Shown here: one piece after another, positions 1 through 7,962 of the stretch
Position numbering within the stretch: the stretch's first letter is position 1
Layout: the number at the start of each line of letters is the position of its first letter
Source: Pseudomonadota bacterium
Lineage (GTDB): Bacteria > Bdellovibrionota_C > UBA2361 > OMII01
DNA length: 10,170 nt
Direction of reading: 5' to 3'
NCBI GenBank assembly: GCA_038134595.1
Contig: JAYPVM010000008.1
Span: 114,111 to 124,280, forward strand
Position numbers and translations under genes: made by a program
Notes under the pieces: model-generated
What the model saw: only the letters and a program-made list of their open reading frames with translations
The model's database searches: none
What the model was told of the DNA's origin: nothing

Positions 1-63
1 AGTAAGGCAGGTAGCCGCTCTTTTTAGTGATGACAACGGTCGTTCTGATGGTGCTTGTGACAT
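1..63 (-). CDS. 5' fragment of a gene running off the left edge (MSQAPSERPLSSLKRAATCLT...), product unknown
   Basis: ATG at 63..61 with AGGAGA Shine-Dalgarno at 77..72; 21 open codons to the window edge; not in the ORF track because it is truncated. Confidence 0.65.
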   Translation of the reverse strand, partial: MSQAPSERPLSSLKRAATCLT

Positions 64-255
64 ACTAGTTCTCTCCTAGAAGGGTTATGGCATTAATCCA
101 TACTTAAGTGTGCTATGAGAACAAAAAATTTCTTTTAGGTGTTGGTATACGTTTGAAATAAGACTTGCAAGTTGGAATTTTATACAACATGTAACGTTTA
201 GAATTTGGAGGCAGGATAATTGCAGAGTGAAAATACACATAATTTCGTTGCCTTG

Positions 256-657
256 TTAGAAGTGCACGTTCCGACATTCCCTGGAATCACGGCGTTTTGA
301 CCCGAGTGTTTTATTAAATTCATCTTTGATGCAGTCATTGAGGTTTGTTGCCAGTGGATATGCATCAGCCATTGTAGTTTCTGAATCAAGCCTAAGGGTA
401 ATCTCTGAGGTAACACACTTATTTACTATCTTTGTACTTACTTTGTTACAGCTAAATGTATCTTCTCCAAAACATCGGAGCCAGCTGGTATCTCCCTGAC
501 ATATTTTTGATACAAGTGTCGCTGTGAACTTCTCAAATGGCCCTTGAGCAAATGCAGAGCACGCTCCTGCCACCCAGACATAGAGTGTGAGCACACCAAT
601 TAGGAGGTAGGATGATGATAGGCTTTGTTTTTGATAGATTGGGCTAATTGTATTCAT
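256..657 (-). CDS. Secreted six-cysteine small protein (133 aa), paralog of 3678..4040
   Basis: AGGAGA RBS at 670..665; hydrophobic N-terminal segment ending in AFA|Q; motif ICQGDTSW and Cys spacing C-x8-C-x7-C-x10-C-x27-C-x18-C matching the 120 aa ORF. Confidence 0.85.
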   Translation of the reverse strand: MNTISPIYQKQSLSSSYLLIGVLTLYVWVAGACSAFAQGPFEKFTATLVSKICQGDTSWLRCFGEDTFSCNKVSTKIVNKCVTSEITLRLDSETTMADAYPLATNLNDCIKDEFNKTLGSKRRDSRECRNVHF

Positions 658-676
658 GAAACATTCTCCTAGTAGT

Positions 677-1819
677 TTAGAATTGGTACGGGTTAGGAGT
701 CGGAATAGGGGTCGGCGCTGGAGTGGCCTCGCTCTCTTCTGAAGTCTCCTCTTCGGAATTTGAAGTCGAAGTATCCTCCGCCCCTGCAGTTTCCTCGGCT
801 ATAGCTGTCGCAGTCTCTGCAAAAGCAGTTGCTTGGGCGATAGCTGTTTGAGTTGGAAACACAAATTGATTGAGAAAATTTTGATCAAGCTGCTCTTGTG
901 TAAGTTGATCGACTTGGTTCTCGAGACCCTGTTGATTTCCTTGGTTTTGGAGCATCCCCTGCAAGAGTTGCGGTAACATCTGCATTGCAGCCTGTCCAAG
1001 GCCAGCTAGAAGGCCGCCGCCTCCGCCGCCACCACCAAGGCCACCGCCACCCCCCCCGGGCTTGCAACCGCCGGGTCCGCAGCCACCGTTGTTTGGTTTC
1101 TTGTCGTCTTTTTTATCTTTGTCTTCTTGGCGGTCTCCGTGCGTTTGACCAGACTTACTTTTCTTTTTCTCTTTTTCCTCTTCCTCTGCTTTCTTTTCAT
1201 ATTCTGCAATGTCTTCTGGTGTCACATCGGCAGGGCTTTCTTTTCCCAGAGCTTTTGCGATTGTATCTGCTTTTTCTTGAGATATATTACCCCCGTCAAC
1301 AACGGATTGAAGAGTTTCGTTTGGACCGATCAGATGCTTTAGTGGCTTGCCACCAAGCCCGTCGTTCATCCAATCGACATAATCTTGCTTGCTAATAACT
1401 CCCTGTTCTAAAGCGCCATTGATAGCGTTGTATTCGTTACCGGGATAACTCTGCGCTATATCGTTAATACGCTTTAAACTCTCAGAGGGAGGTAGCGCGG
1501 CGAGGTCGTCAATTGACGGGCTTGATGGAAGAGTCGTGGTAGGGTTTAAGGCTTGCTTGAGTTGTGGATATTTCTGGAGAGCACTATCAATTTGCTGCCG
1601 GGACAGCTCTCCGCTCAATTGGCTGTTAGTGATAGCATTAACTGCAGCAGTAAGGTCCCCATAGCATCGGTCACCGATGCAATAAGTCTCTTCCCCCCAA
1701 CTCTCATGCCCACCGAGAAGAAGACCACAGGCCAGAACAACCGAGTCGGTAAGAGAGACAAATGTTAGGTTTGATTTCATAGTAACTAATCTCTTCTGCA
1801 TAAAAATCATAATTGGCAT
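677..1819 (-). CDS. Putative exported low-complexity protein (up to 380 aa; true start may be a downstream Met)
   Basis: Long ORF packed 6 bp after the upstream gene's stop; imperfect hydrophobic N-terminal stretch; Lys/Glu-rich segment, CGPGGC, poly-Gly, amphipathic Gln-rich helix, Ala/Thr repeat and Pro-Thr tail. Confidence 0.8.
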   Translation of the reverse strand: MPIMIFMQKRLVTMKSNLTFVSLTDSVVLACGLLLGGHESWGEETYCIGDRCYGDLTAAVNAITNSQLSGELSRQQIDSALQKYPQLKQALNPTTTLPSSPSIDDLAALPPSESLKRINDIAQSYPGNEYNAINGALEQGVISKQDYVDWMNDGLGGKPLKHLIGPNETLQSVVDGGNISQEKADTIAKALGKESPADVTPEDIAEYEKKAEEEEKEKKKSKSGQTHGDRQEDKDKKDDKKPNNGGCGPGGCKPGGGGGGLGGGGGGGGLLAGLGQAAMQMLPQLLQGMLQNQGNQQGLENQVDQLTQEQLDQNFLNQFVFPTQTAIAQATAFAETATAIAEETAGAEDTSTSNSEEETSEESEATPAPTPIPTPNPYQF

Positions 1820-1825
1820 CTCTCA

Positions 1826-3508
1826 TTAAAACGATGAAATAACACTCGAGCTCTTTATGGACGAACTCCCGCTACTTGTTGTGTTTTGCGCAATCAGTGG
1901 CGGGAGTGACTTGTCTTTGACAGCAGGCTTGCAGAGATTTGGTGGTCTTGTGCCGGGCCGAATTGTTTGTATACAGATATTTCGTACAAGCGTTTTCTGC
2001 TCTTTGGTCAGCTTACTGTAGGTATCATTAGCTTTCTCTTGATTCATTTGTTGGAGTTGCACGGCGTTTTGATTCTGTTGATTCCCTAAATTTTGGAAAC
2101 CGTTTAAGAGTCCATTCATGGCCTCTCCGAACCCGGGACCCCCAAATCTCGATCCGCCGCCGCCAGGGAATACCCATTTACCGGCGTTCTCCGCGGTTGC
2201 AAGAAACGCATGTTCGTTTCGAGTCCCCCAGCTGTTGTCGTTTATGCCCATGCCTAAAAAGCCGCCATCTGTTGTTGGTAGCAAATAACCAGATTGCGTT
2301 GCAGAGTGACCTCGAAATGGTATGTATTGCACTGTGCGATATCTACCGTCATTGATGCCGTTTGTTAGCCCAGCGATACCTCCAATTCGATTGAGATTGG
2401 GGACGTAGTAACTTGAGTCTCCAATCATGTTGCCAACGGCTTTACTGGCTGCCCCGGGATTCCCTCCGCCCCACGCATACGGGTCATTTGATACTGTGCC
2501 GATAGCTTGTTGCATCAGTCTTCCGGCGTAACTTTGCTCTCCGCCTTCACTAAAATTGTAAGAAGTATTTGATTTCGAGGGTTCGTTTCCTATCGGCCAA
2601 TTATTATACAACTGCCCGTTACCCGCTCGATACTGATTAGTAAACAACATCTGATTGATGACGTCTGAGGGGATATCAGGTCTTTCGGCCCAAAGGTAGG
2701 CATTTGCGGTGCACGTCCAACAACTTCCCCAGTTTCCCTGAGTGATAGAGGTGTAGTCGGCCCATTGGTATGCTTGCTGTTTAGCGATATTTAATCGAGA
2801 GATATCTCCTGTATTTACTGCAAGGGACGTGTCATCTGAGAGTAATCGATTGAGATTGTTAAGAGCGTTTGCGCTAAATTGTTGTGATTGGCTTAGTCCT
2901 GGTCTTCCAGCGCCAGATGTGCCGTAAAAATCACGAGCAGCGCCTCCAGCGTTGTATCCTCTCATGCCAGTTTGAGCGAGTGCGAGGGTTTCAAGGCCTT
3001 CAGTCATCAGACTGGGATTTTTCATGATTTGATCTCTTATTGTGGACTCTAGGTTGTTGTATGCGGTGGAGAGATTTTCATTGTTTATATAGCGGTTTGA
3101 AACAAGGTCGATTTGCTTTCCAGCCTTAGCAGCCTCAGACTCCATCTCTGCAAACTTTCTCTTTAACCCCGGTGGAAAATACTGACTTAAGTCCTCATTG
3201 CTTTTTGGATTTTTAATCGCATCAAGTGCTTCATCTAACTTCTCCTCAAAGGTCTTCTCTTCTTCCTCGGGAACTGGAGTATCAGTTTCGTCCTGCTTTT
3301 CCCTGTTATGATCCTCATCATCGGCCGTATCTTCATCATGCTCCGGAGGCTCTGAGTCGGGTGTTTCTTGCGCTAACGCCGAGGTTATGAAGCCAGAGTT
3401 TATTGGGGCAATCTGAGCGCCAAACAATACCGTTAAGGTGAGTAACCCTATGCATAAAAATCGCAGTGTTCTCCAAAATGGCTTAGCGGATATGGAGAGA
3501 GTCTTCAT
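1826..3508 (-). CDS. Secreted papain-fold (clan CA) cysteine protease-like protein (560 aa)
   Basis: Signal peptide ending in ALA|Q; acidic disordered N-region; Q257-GNWGS-C263-W (papain QGxCGSCW-like), G-H401-S and N425-SWG in correct order. Confidence 0.75.
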   Translation of the reverse strand: MKTLSISAKPFWRTLRFLCIGLLTLTVLFGAQIAPINSGFITSALAQETPDSEPPEHDEDTADDEDHNREKQDETDTPVPEEEEKTFEEKLDEALDAIKNPKSNEDLSQYFPPGLKRKFAEMESEAAKAGKQIDLVSNRYINNENLSTAYNNLESTIRDQIMKNPSLMTEGLETLALAQTGMRGYNAGGAARDFYGTSGAGRPGLSQSQQFSANALNNLNRLLSDDTSLAVNTGDISRLNIAKQQAYQWADYTSITQGNWGSCWTCTANAYLWAERPDIPSDVINQMLFTNQYRAGNGQLYNNWPIGNEPSKSNTSYNFSEGGEQSYAGRLMQQAIGTVSNDPYAWGGGNPGAASKAVGNMIGDSSYYVPNLNRIGGIAGLTNGINDGRYRTVQYIPFRGHSATQSGYLLPTTDGGFLGMGINDNSWGTRNEHAFLATAENAGKWVFPGGGGSRFGGPGFGEAMNGLLNGFQNLGNQQNQNAVQLQQMNQEKANDTYSKLTKEQKTLVRNICIQTIRPGTRPPNLCKPAVKDKSLPPLIAQNTTSSGSSSIKSSSVISSF

Positions 3509-3677
3509 GTAAACCTTTTGTTAATCCCTGTTCTCTATAAGATATGAGAGATTTTCGTAGTATGTAGCCTACGGAGCTAGGTTTTTTATGGGATTTGATT
3601 CTCTAGATTTCCAGTTCAGCATATTTGCTACAGATTAGGTGAGAAGCCTCCTGTTACGTTGTATTAAATCAACCCCG

Positions 3678-4040
3678 TTACTGGCTTAAGTGCGGTGGAA
3701 GTTTGCCGCAAGTGCCGGAGCTTGATTTGTACCGAGTCTTTATTTGATTGTGCACGCAGACTGTCAGCTGAACGGAGACGCTTGCAGTTTGTTCGGGCTT
3801 TTGCAGACCATCAATGGCTTGGCTATACGAGGTAAGGCAGGTCTCTAATACGGCATTTGCCAGATCCTGACACCCCGTATCTGCCTTGTCTGTACAAGCC
3901 ACCCATGAAGTATCGCCCTGGCAGATATAGCCGCCAATTGTTTTGATGATTGCTGATTTAGATGCATCATCGAGGGCGCTGCTTGATTGAAGCGGTATTA
4001 TTACTGATAGTGCTAGTAAAAAGCATGCCAATTTCTTCAT
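3678..4040 (-). CDS. Secreted six-cysteine small protein (120 aa), paralog of 256..657
   Basis: TAAGGAGA RBS at 4053..4046; classic Sec signal MKKLACFLLALSVIIPLQSSSA; ICQGDTSW motif; C-x8-C-x7-C-x10-C-x26-C-x15-C. Confidence 0.88.
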   Translation of the reverse strand: MKKLACFLLALSVIIPLQSSSALDDASKSAIIKTIGGYICQGDTSWVACTDKADTGCQDLANAVLETCLTSYSQAIDGLQKPEQTASVSVQLTVCVHNQIKTRYKSSSGTCGKLPPHLSQ

Positions 4041-4076
4041 GTTGTTCTCCTTAATTCCGTATCTTCAAATTCATGT

Positions 4077-4727
4077 CTATAACGTTGCTGCAGCCAGATT
4101 TCCGGCGGCATCTTCGTATCTATCTCTTTGTTTTTCTTTAAGCTCATTATTTTTTTTTGCTTGGCTGGCTATGTTTTTTAATTGCTGAAACAGCAGAATA
4201 AACGCCAGTATCTCGGTGAGTCCTGGGGCCACGTTATTGAGTTGCCCGCCCAAGCCGTTTCCAGCATACGAGCTTCCCTGACCAGGAAGGGGTGCATCAG
4301 CCGCACGGTCCCATACGTGTTGTACGTTATTGACGCTAAAAAATGGCTGGCCGTTTGCGCTTTGTGGCTCGTAGATCTGCCAGCCTCTATCTGAGGTGTA
4401 GACCTCATTGAAGGCGTGGTATCCAGCGGTTGTATCGGCCCAGACGATTCTAGATGGCACCCCCAGAGCCTCAAACGACTGCTGTGCTCGGTGGGCAAAT
4501 GCTGTGCATACTCCATCTCGGCCGTACACCATAGAGTTTAGCGCGGTGCCGAATTGACTTGAGGTTTGGCTTAGTTGATTTCGAAATGCCGGGGAGCTTA
4601 ATTGCTGAGCAGATATTCCTAATGCATGTGCGACCGATATAATAGCACAGCACACAAGCATCGTGAGTGTTGGAATCTCGAGCCACTTTAGGATTGAATA
4701 CGTTTGTCTTAGAATGGTATTTCGCAT
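4077..4727 (-). CDS. Secreted transglutaminase-like superfamily (cysteine protease core) protein (216 aa)
   Basis: Signal peptide ending in AHA|L; GVC74TAFA...ALGVPSRIV...H104AFNEVY...GWQIYE120P matches the transglutaminase-like core pattern GxCxxxA...LGIPARxV...HAWxEVY...GWxxxDP, with Glu replacing Asp. Confidence 0.8.
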   Translation of the reverse strand: MRNTILRQTYSILKWLEIPTLTMLVCCAIISVAHALGISAQQLSSPAFRNQLSQTSSQFGTALNSMVYGRDGVCTAFAHRAQQSFEALGVPSRIVWADTTAGYHAFNEVYTSDRGWQIYEPQSANGQPFFSVNNVQHVWDRAADAPLPGQGSSYAGNGLGGQLNNVAPGLTEILAFILLFQQLKNIASQAKKNNELKEKQRDRYEDAAGNLAAATL

Positions 4728-4740
4728 AGCTTGATTACCC

Positions 4741-5733
4741 TTAAAATGATTCCATTGTTTCTAGTTGTTCAACTGGTATTGGAGTGGGAGGAGTTTGATT
4801 TTCGGTTCTCCCGTTGTCTCTTATCGCCCCACCAATAAGCCCACCGATTGCGGCACCCTGCTGACCGCCTACAGAACCGCCTACGATTCCGCCGATAGCT
4901 CCGCCCATGGTATTGCCACCCGAAAGATTGCCTAGTAGTGCACCAGTCGCACCGTTTTGGAGTAGTTGGCCCGCGCCTCCTTGGAGATTACCAAGAGACG
5001 AAAGAAGCGAGTTCTGAAAAAGGCCTCCCATATTGCGGAGCCCCCCAGATAGTTGATTGAGCCCTCCGATCGAGTTAAGACCCGGAGGTATTCCAAGAGT
5101 GCTTCCCAAGCCACCAGGGACTCCACCGAGACCAGGGAGTGCGCTGATAGATCCCTGAAAGATGTTTTGAAGGGAGCTAAGACCCCCAGTGAGTTGGCCG
5201 ATGGCTCCACCGCCAACAAGTCCGCCGATGAGGCCTCCTGCTTGGCCACCGATAGCTCCACCTACCAGTCCGCCTATAGCTCCTGTGGCAAGGTTGCCTC
5301 CGAGCGCTCCGGCAGTCACAAGCCCGCTTAAGGTGCTTTGCCAGAGCGATTGAAGCCCACTAAGTCCGCCGGTAAGTTGAGACAAACCTCCTGCGACATT
5401 AAACCCGGATCCGATGTTTGTCACTGTATTCGCTATGGCTCCACCTGCTGTTTGAGCGATGTTACCGAAACTACTAGTGCTAAGATTTTCGAAACCGCTG
5501 AAGCTTTGACCGCCGAAGCCTTGACCGCCGAAGCCCTGGGAATTATTAATTGAACATGAACCAGCAGTGCATTGCTCAGTGGGCGCCTGATCGGGCTCCA
5601 CTTGACGGATAGCGTGTTGAGCCCATGAGCTCTGAATTGCGTACAATAGAGGCCCAAGCCATAGCAATAGCGCTACAAAACAACTCGTAATTGTGTTGTT
5701 CATCATGATAATGATGCCGTTAGCTCCCAACAT
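4741..5733 (-). CDS. Secreted glycine-rich protein with two glycine-zipper segments and three internal repeats (330 aa; start may be M10/M11)
   Basis: Hydrophobic signal ending in SWA|Q; GxxxG zippers at aa ~151-176 and ~278-304; repeat QL[TS]GGL...[FW]Q at aa ~115-138, ~176-199 and ~223-247. Confidence 0.8.
   Translation of the reverse strand: MLGANGIIIMMNNTITSCFVALLLWLGPLLYAIQSSWAQHAIRQVEPDQAPTEQCTAGSCSINNSQGFGGQGFGGQSFSGFENLSTSSFGNIAQTAGGAIANTVTNIGSGFNVAGGLSQLTGGLSGLQSLWQSTLSGLVTAGALGGNLATGAIGGLVGGAIGGQAGGLIGGLVGGGAIGQLTGGLSSLQNIFQGSISALPGLGGVPGGLGSTLGIPPGLNSIGGLNQLSGGLRNMGGLFQNSLLSSLGNLQGGAGQLLQNGATGALLGNLSGGNTMGGAIGGIVGGSVGGQQGAAIGGLIGGAIRDNGRTENQTPPTPIPVEQLETMESF
5506..5535. repeat. 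Exact 15-bp tandem duplication (ttgaccgccgaagcc x2) encoding GFGGQ-GFGGQ
   Basis: Read directly at 5506-5520 and 5521-5535; in frame within the 330 aa ORF. Confidence 0.9.
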
Positions 5734-5980
5734 GCCTTTGTTTTTGGCGCGAATTATTTAGATAATTCTTCGTCACGAATAGAGAATATCTTGAGAAATG
5801 AGCGATTAAAAGAGTGTTCAAATAACGTTTTCCTTTGTAGTTCAATGCCACGTGGATACGAGAACTTCCCATATCGGATTTAAGCAGAGAATTCTTGGGG
5901 TAAGACCCTAAAGATAGATTGCATGACGGCCGTTGTTTGACCATGATGGTCTGTAAGAGAGGGTTAGACGGGAGCAGATA
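5734..5980. promoter_or_regulatory. Divergent intergenic region expected to hold promoters for both gene blocks
   Basis: Head-to-head orientation of 4741..5733 (-) and 5981..7942 (+); GGGAG SD just upstream of TTG 5981. No specific promoter elements could be assigned. Confidence 0.55.
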
Positions 5981-7942
5981 TTGAATTTTCAACCAGTTAC
6001 TGAAGTAGCCTGCCGTTGGCGCAGAGCGCTGTGGGGCTCTGTTGTTTGTGCTTATTTGATAGCCATATCACTGGCGCAGGTGGCTTGTGCTCAAAATATC
6101 GCTGAGCGTCTACAACAAGGTGTAGATAATCCTCAAGCTGCCCAAAACCAATATCGGGGAGGTGCCGATGATGTAGATGGAAACATGAAGAAGCTCTTTG
6201 AGCCGATTATGTCGGGCGCTGGCGGAGCCATCGATAAGTGGTACAGCCCGCATTTACGCGATACTCGCATTAATCAAAGCAATCGGCAGAAGCAGGCCAA
6301 GCTTCGATCTGAGGCAGGGGTGAAGCGAATAGAGCCGTGTCTAGTGGGTAGTATCGTTGTTGGAATACGGTGTTTAAATGGCTTCGACGTTCCATTGACC
6401 GCATGTAAAATGGATGGTTGTCAAAATACGGCCAACGAATGCAATATCGGCTGGCCAGATAAGCACTTAAGTCTAGAGTGCTGCACGACCTTGGGCAGAG
6501 GAACGCGTAAATATGAAAAGTTTGTCGAAGACAGTAATTTTAAAACGTGCTGTGTTCGGATTGCAGACAAGGAGGATGATGAGGAAAAGGTCGCCTGCAA
6601 GCATCCCCGGGGTGATGGCTGGGCTGGTTTATTTGAGTACTACTATCCGACAAACGCTTTAGGTTGGGAGAATGAGCGCACTTCGACGATGATAGCTTCT
6701 AAGGACGAAGTCAAGAAGTGTATCGGTGATGTGGATTCGTTGATGGAGGGAACTAAGGCAGTTGATTGGGTAAGCAAAGCCATAGAGCGAAATCAAAAGA
6801 TGGCGGCAGGCGAATCGCCAGCGGGTGTAACGGGCAGCACGGTTCGAAGTAAGGTACAAGAGGACATCAAAGATGTTCGGCCTAAGGATAAAGCTCTGCG
6901 ATTCTCAGATAGCCTGCAGGGTGAGGGATTAACGCTTCGAATTAATTTTCCTTCTATGGAGATGGGGGAACGAACAAAGCTGGCAGAGCATTTCTGTATG
7001 CATCCCAAACAGTTTCATAAGCTGTTAGGCACAGCCGACCCACTGCAACTTAAGGGAGGCGGCGTTAACAAGCTTAAGCGAATCCCAATATGGTCAAACT
7101 ACTGTGAGAAGGGCGTTGAATTGATGACCAATCCGTCTCTAAGCTATATGGTAAACATAGATGATACGGATACGGATTTTACCAAGGGAATGGCGGCCTG
7201 GGAGCAAGACCCGCTTTATTGCCAGCGCATTAACTCTCAAGCTAATGAAAATATGGCTATTACAAAGATAAAAGACGTTATCGATAAGAGCCCTGGCAGG
7301 GGAAGAACTGCCGCAGAGGTTGGCTACACCTGCTCTCAAAACGGAAAGCTAAATGGCGGTATGGTTCCCGTCTCTCTCTATCGCCACGCTGCAGTCGAGC
7401 GGCGAACCGCAATCTCAGATCATGTCTTAGGTTTTTTGATTGCCGGTGGAATGTCGGAGCTAATGAGGGAGGGTAATCAATCTTACTACAAGCGATTTGA
7501 GCCTAGACCGTACTCCTGGCAGAGCACAGAGCGCATATTTAAAGGCAAGAGATGGGCGGGTGGAGGTTCGAATGAGCTGCTAATGGGTTGCAAGAGTTAC
7601 AGTGGTAGGAACTACCAGGGCCAGGATACATCGGATCAGTTGTTTATAAGTAATTTTACTCACCAAGCTTTTACGCAAGAGCCGATTGTCAATGTGAACA
7701 CAAAAGATGCGTTTGACAAATATGTTCAGGAATGGGCAACAGGTAGTGGTAAAAAAACAATCTCCAAAAAAGGTGTCGATAAAGATGCGCACAATTATGC
7801 GGCGGCTTTTAGAAAGTTTGCAACGTGTCCAGCGGGTTTTGTTCGATGGGACCCGCCGGATGATGAGCATAACATGAATTTGAAAGCGAACTTGGCCACA
7901 TTTTGTGGCGAGGAAAATTTTGGTAGTCCGACAGGTAAGTAA
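5981..7942 (+). CDS. Secreted cysteine-rich protein (653 aa), possibly a remote TraU-family (F-type T4SS/ICE) homolog
   Basis: TTG start with GGGAG SD; signal peptide ending in ACA|Q; 18 Cys counted in the mature part; motifs CLVGSIVVGIRC (aa 120), FEYYYP (aa 218) and NYAAAFRKFATC (aa 605) recall TraU-family N-terminal, [FY]WEP/HYxP and C-terminal YxxWRxxxCC motifs. The CDS is secure; the family call is tentative. Confidence 0.5.
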   Translation: MNFQPVTEVACRWRRALWGSVVCAYLIAISLAQVACAQNIAERLQQGVDNPQAAQNQYRGGADDVDGNMKKLFEPIMSGAGGAIDKWYSPHLRDTRINQSNRQKQAKLRSEAGVKRIEPCLVGSIVVGIRCLNGFDVPLTACKMDGCQNTANECNIGWPDKHLSLECCTTLGRGTRKYEKFVEDSNFKTCCVRIADKEDDEEKVACKHPRGDGWAGLFEYYYPTNALGWENERTSTMIASKDEVKKCIGDVDSLMEGTKAVDWVSKAIERNQKMAAGESPAGVTGSTVRSKVQEDIKDVRPKDKALRFSDSLQGEGLTLRINFPSMEMGERTKLAEHFCMHPKQFHKLLGTADPLQLKGGGVNKLKRIPIWSNYCEKGVELMTNPSLSYMVNIDDTDTDFTKGMAAWEQDPLYCQRINSQANENMAITKIKDVIDKSPGRGRTAAEVGYTCSQNGKLNGGMVPVSLYRHAAVERRTAISDHVLGFLIAGGMSELMREGNQSYYKRFEPRPYSWQSTERIFKGKRWAGGGSNELLMGCKSYSGRNYQGQDTSDQLFISNFTHQAFTQEPIVNVNTKDAFDKYVQEWATGSGKKTISKKGVDKDAHNYAAAFRKFATCPAGFVRWDPPDDEHNMNLKANLATFCGEENFGSPTGK

Positions 7943-7962
7943 TTTTCATCTGTGTATTAGGT

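Noticed and set aside
163..172. 10-bp palindrome ACTTGCAAGT in the left intergenic region
   Set aside because: Short enough to arise by chance; no second copy noticed and no properly spaced -10 partner for its TTGCAA.
799..1768. Alternative-frame and antisense ORFs over the 380 aa gene (e.g. 985..1395 +)
   Set aside because: Shadow ORFs from low-complexity Gly/Lys/Glu codons, with no RBS or recognisable protein features.
3565..3590. Hairpin plus T-run (agccta-cggagc-taggtttttt) as an intrinsic terminator
   Set aside because: The stem is weak and the T-run is on the plus strand, opposite to the flanking minus-strand genes.
4178..5657. Overlapping short ORFs inside the 216 aa and 330 aa genes
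   Set aside because: Fully nested in better-supported CDSs; stop-poor frames are expected from Gly-rich coding.
5720..5992. 90 aa minus-strand ORF spanning the divergent intergenic region
   Set aside because: Overlaps both flanking starts, has no clear RBS or motif, and would fill the space needed for two promoters.
5981..6095. Lipoprotein signal in the 653 aa protein (QVAC)
   Set aside because: Gln at -3 does not fit the lipobox; an A-x-A signal peptidase I site (ACA|Q) fits better.
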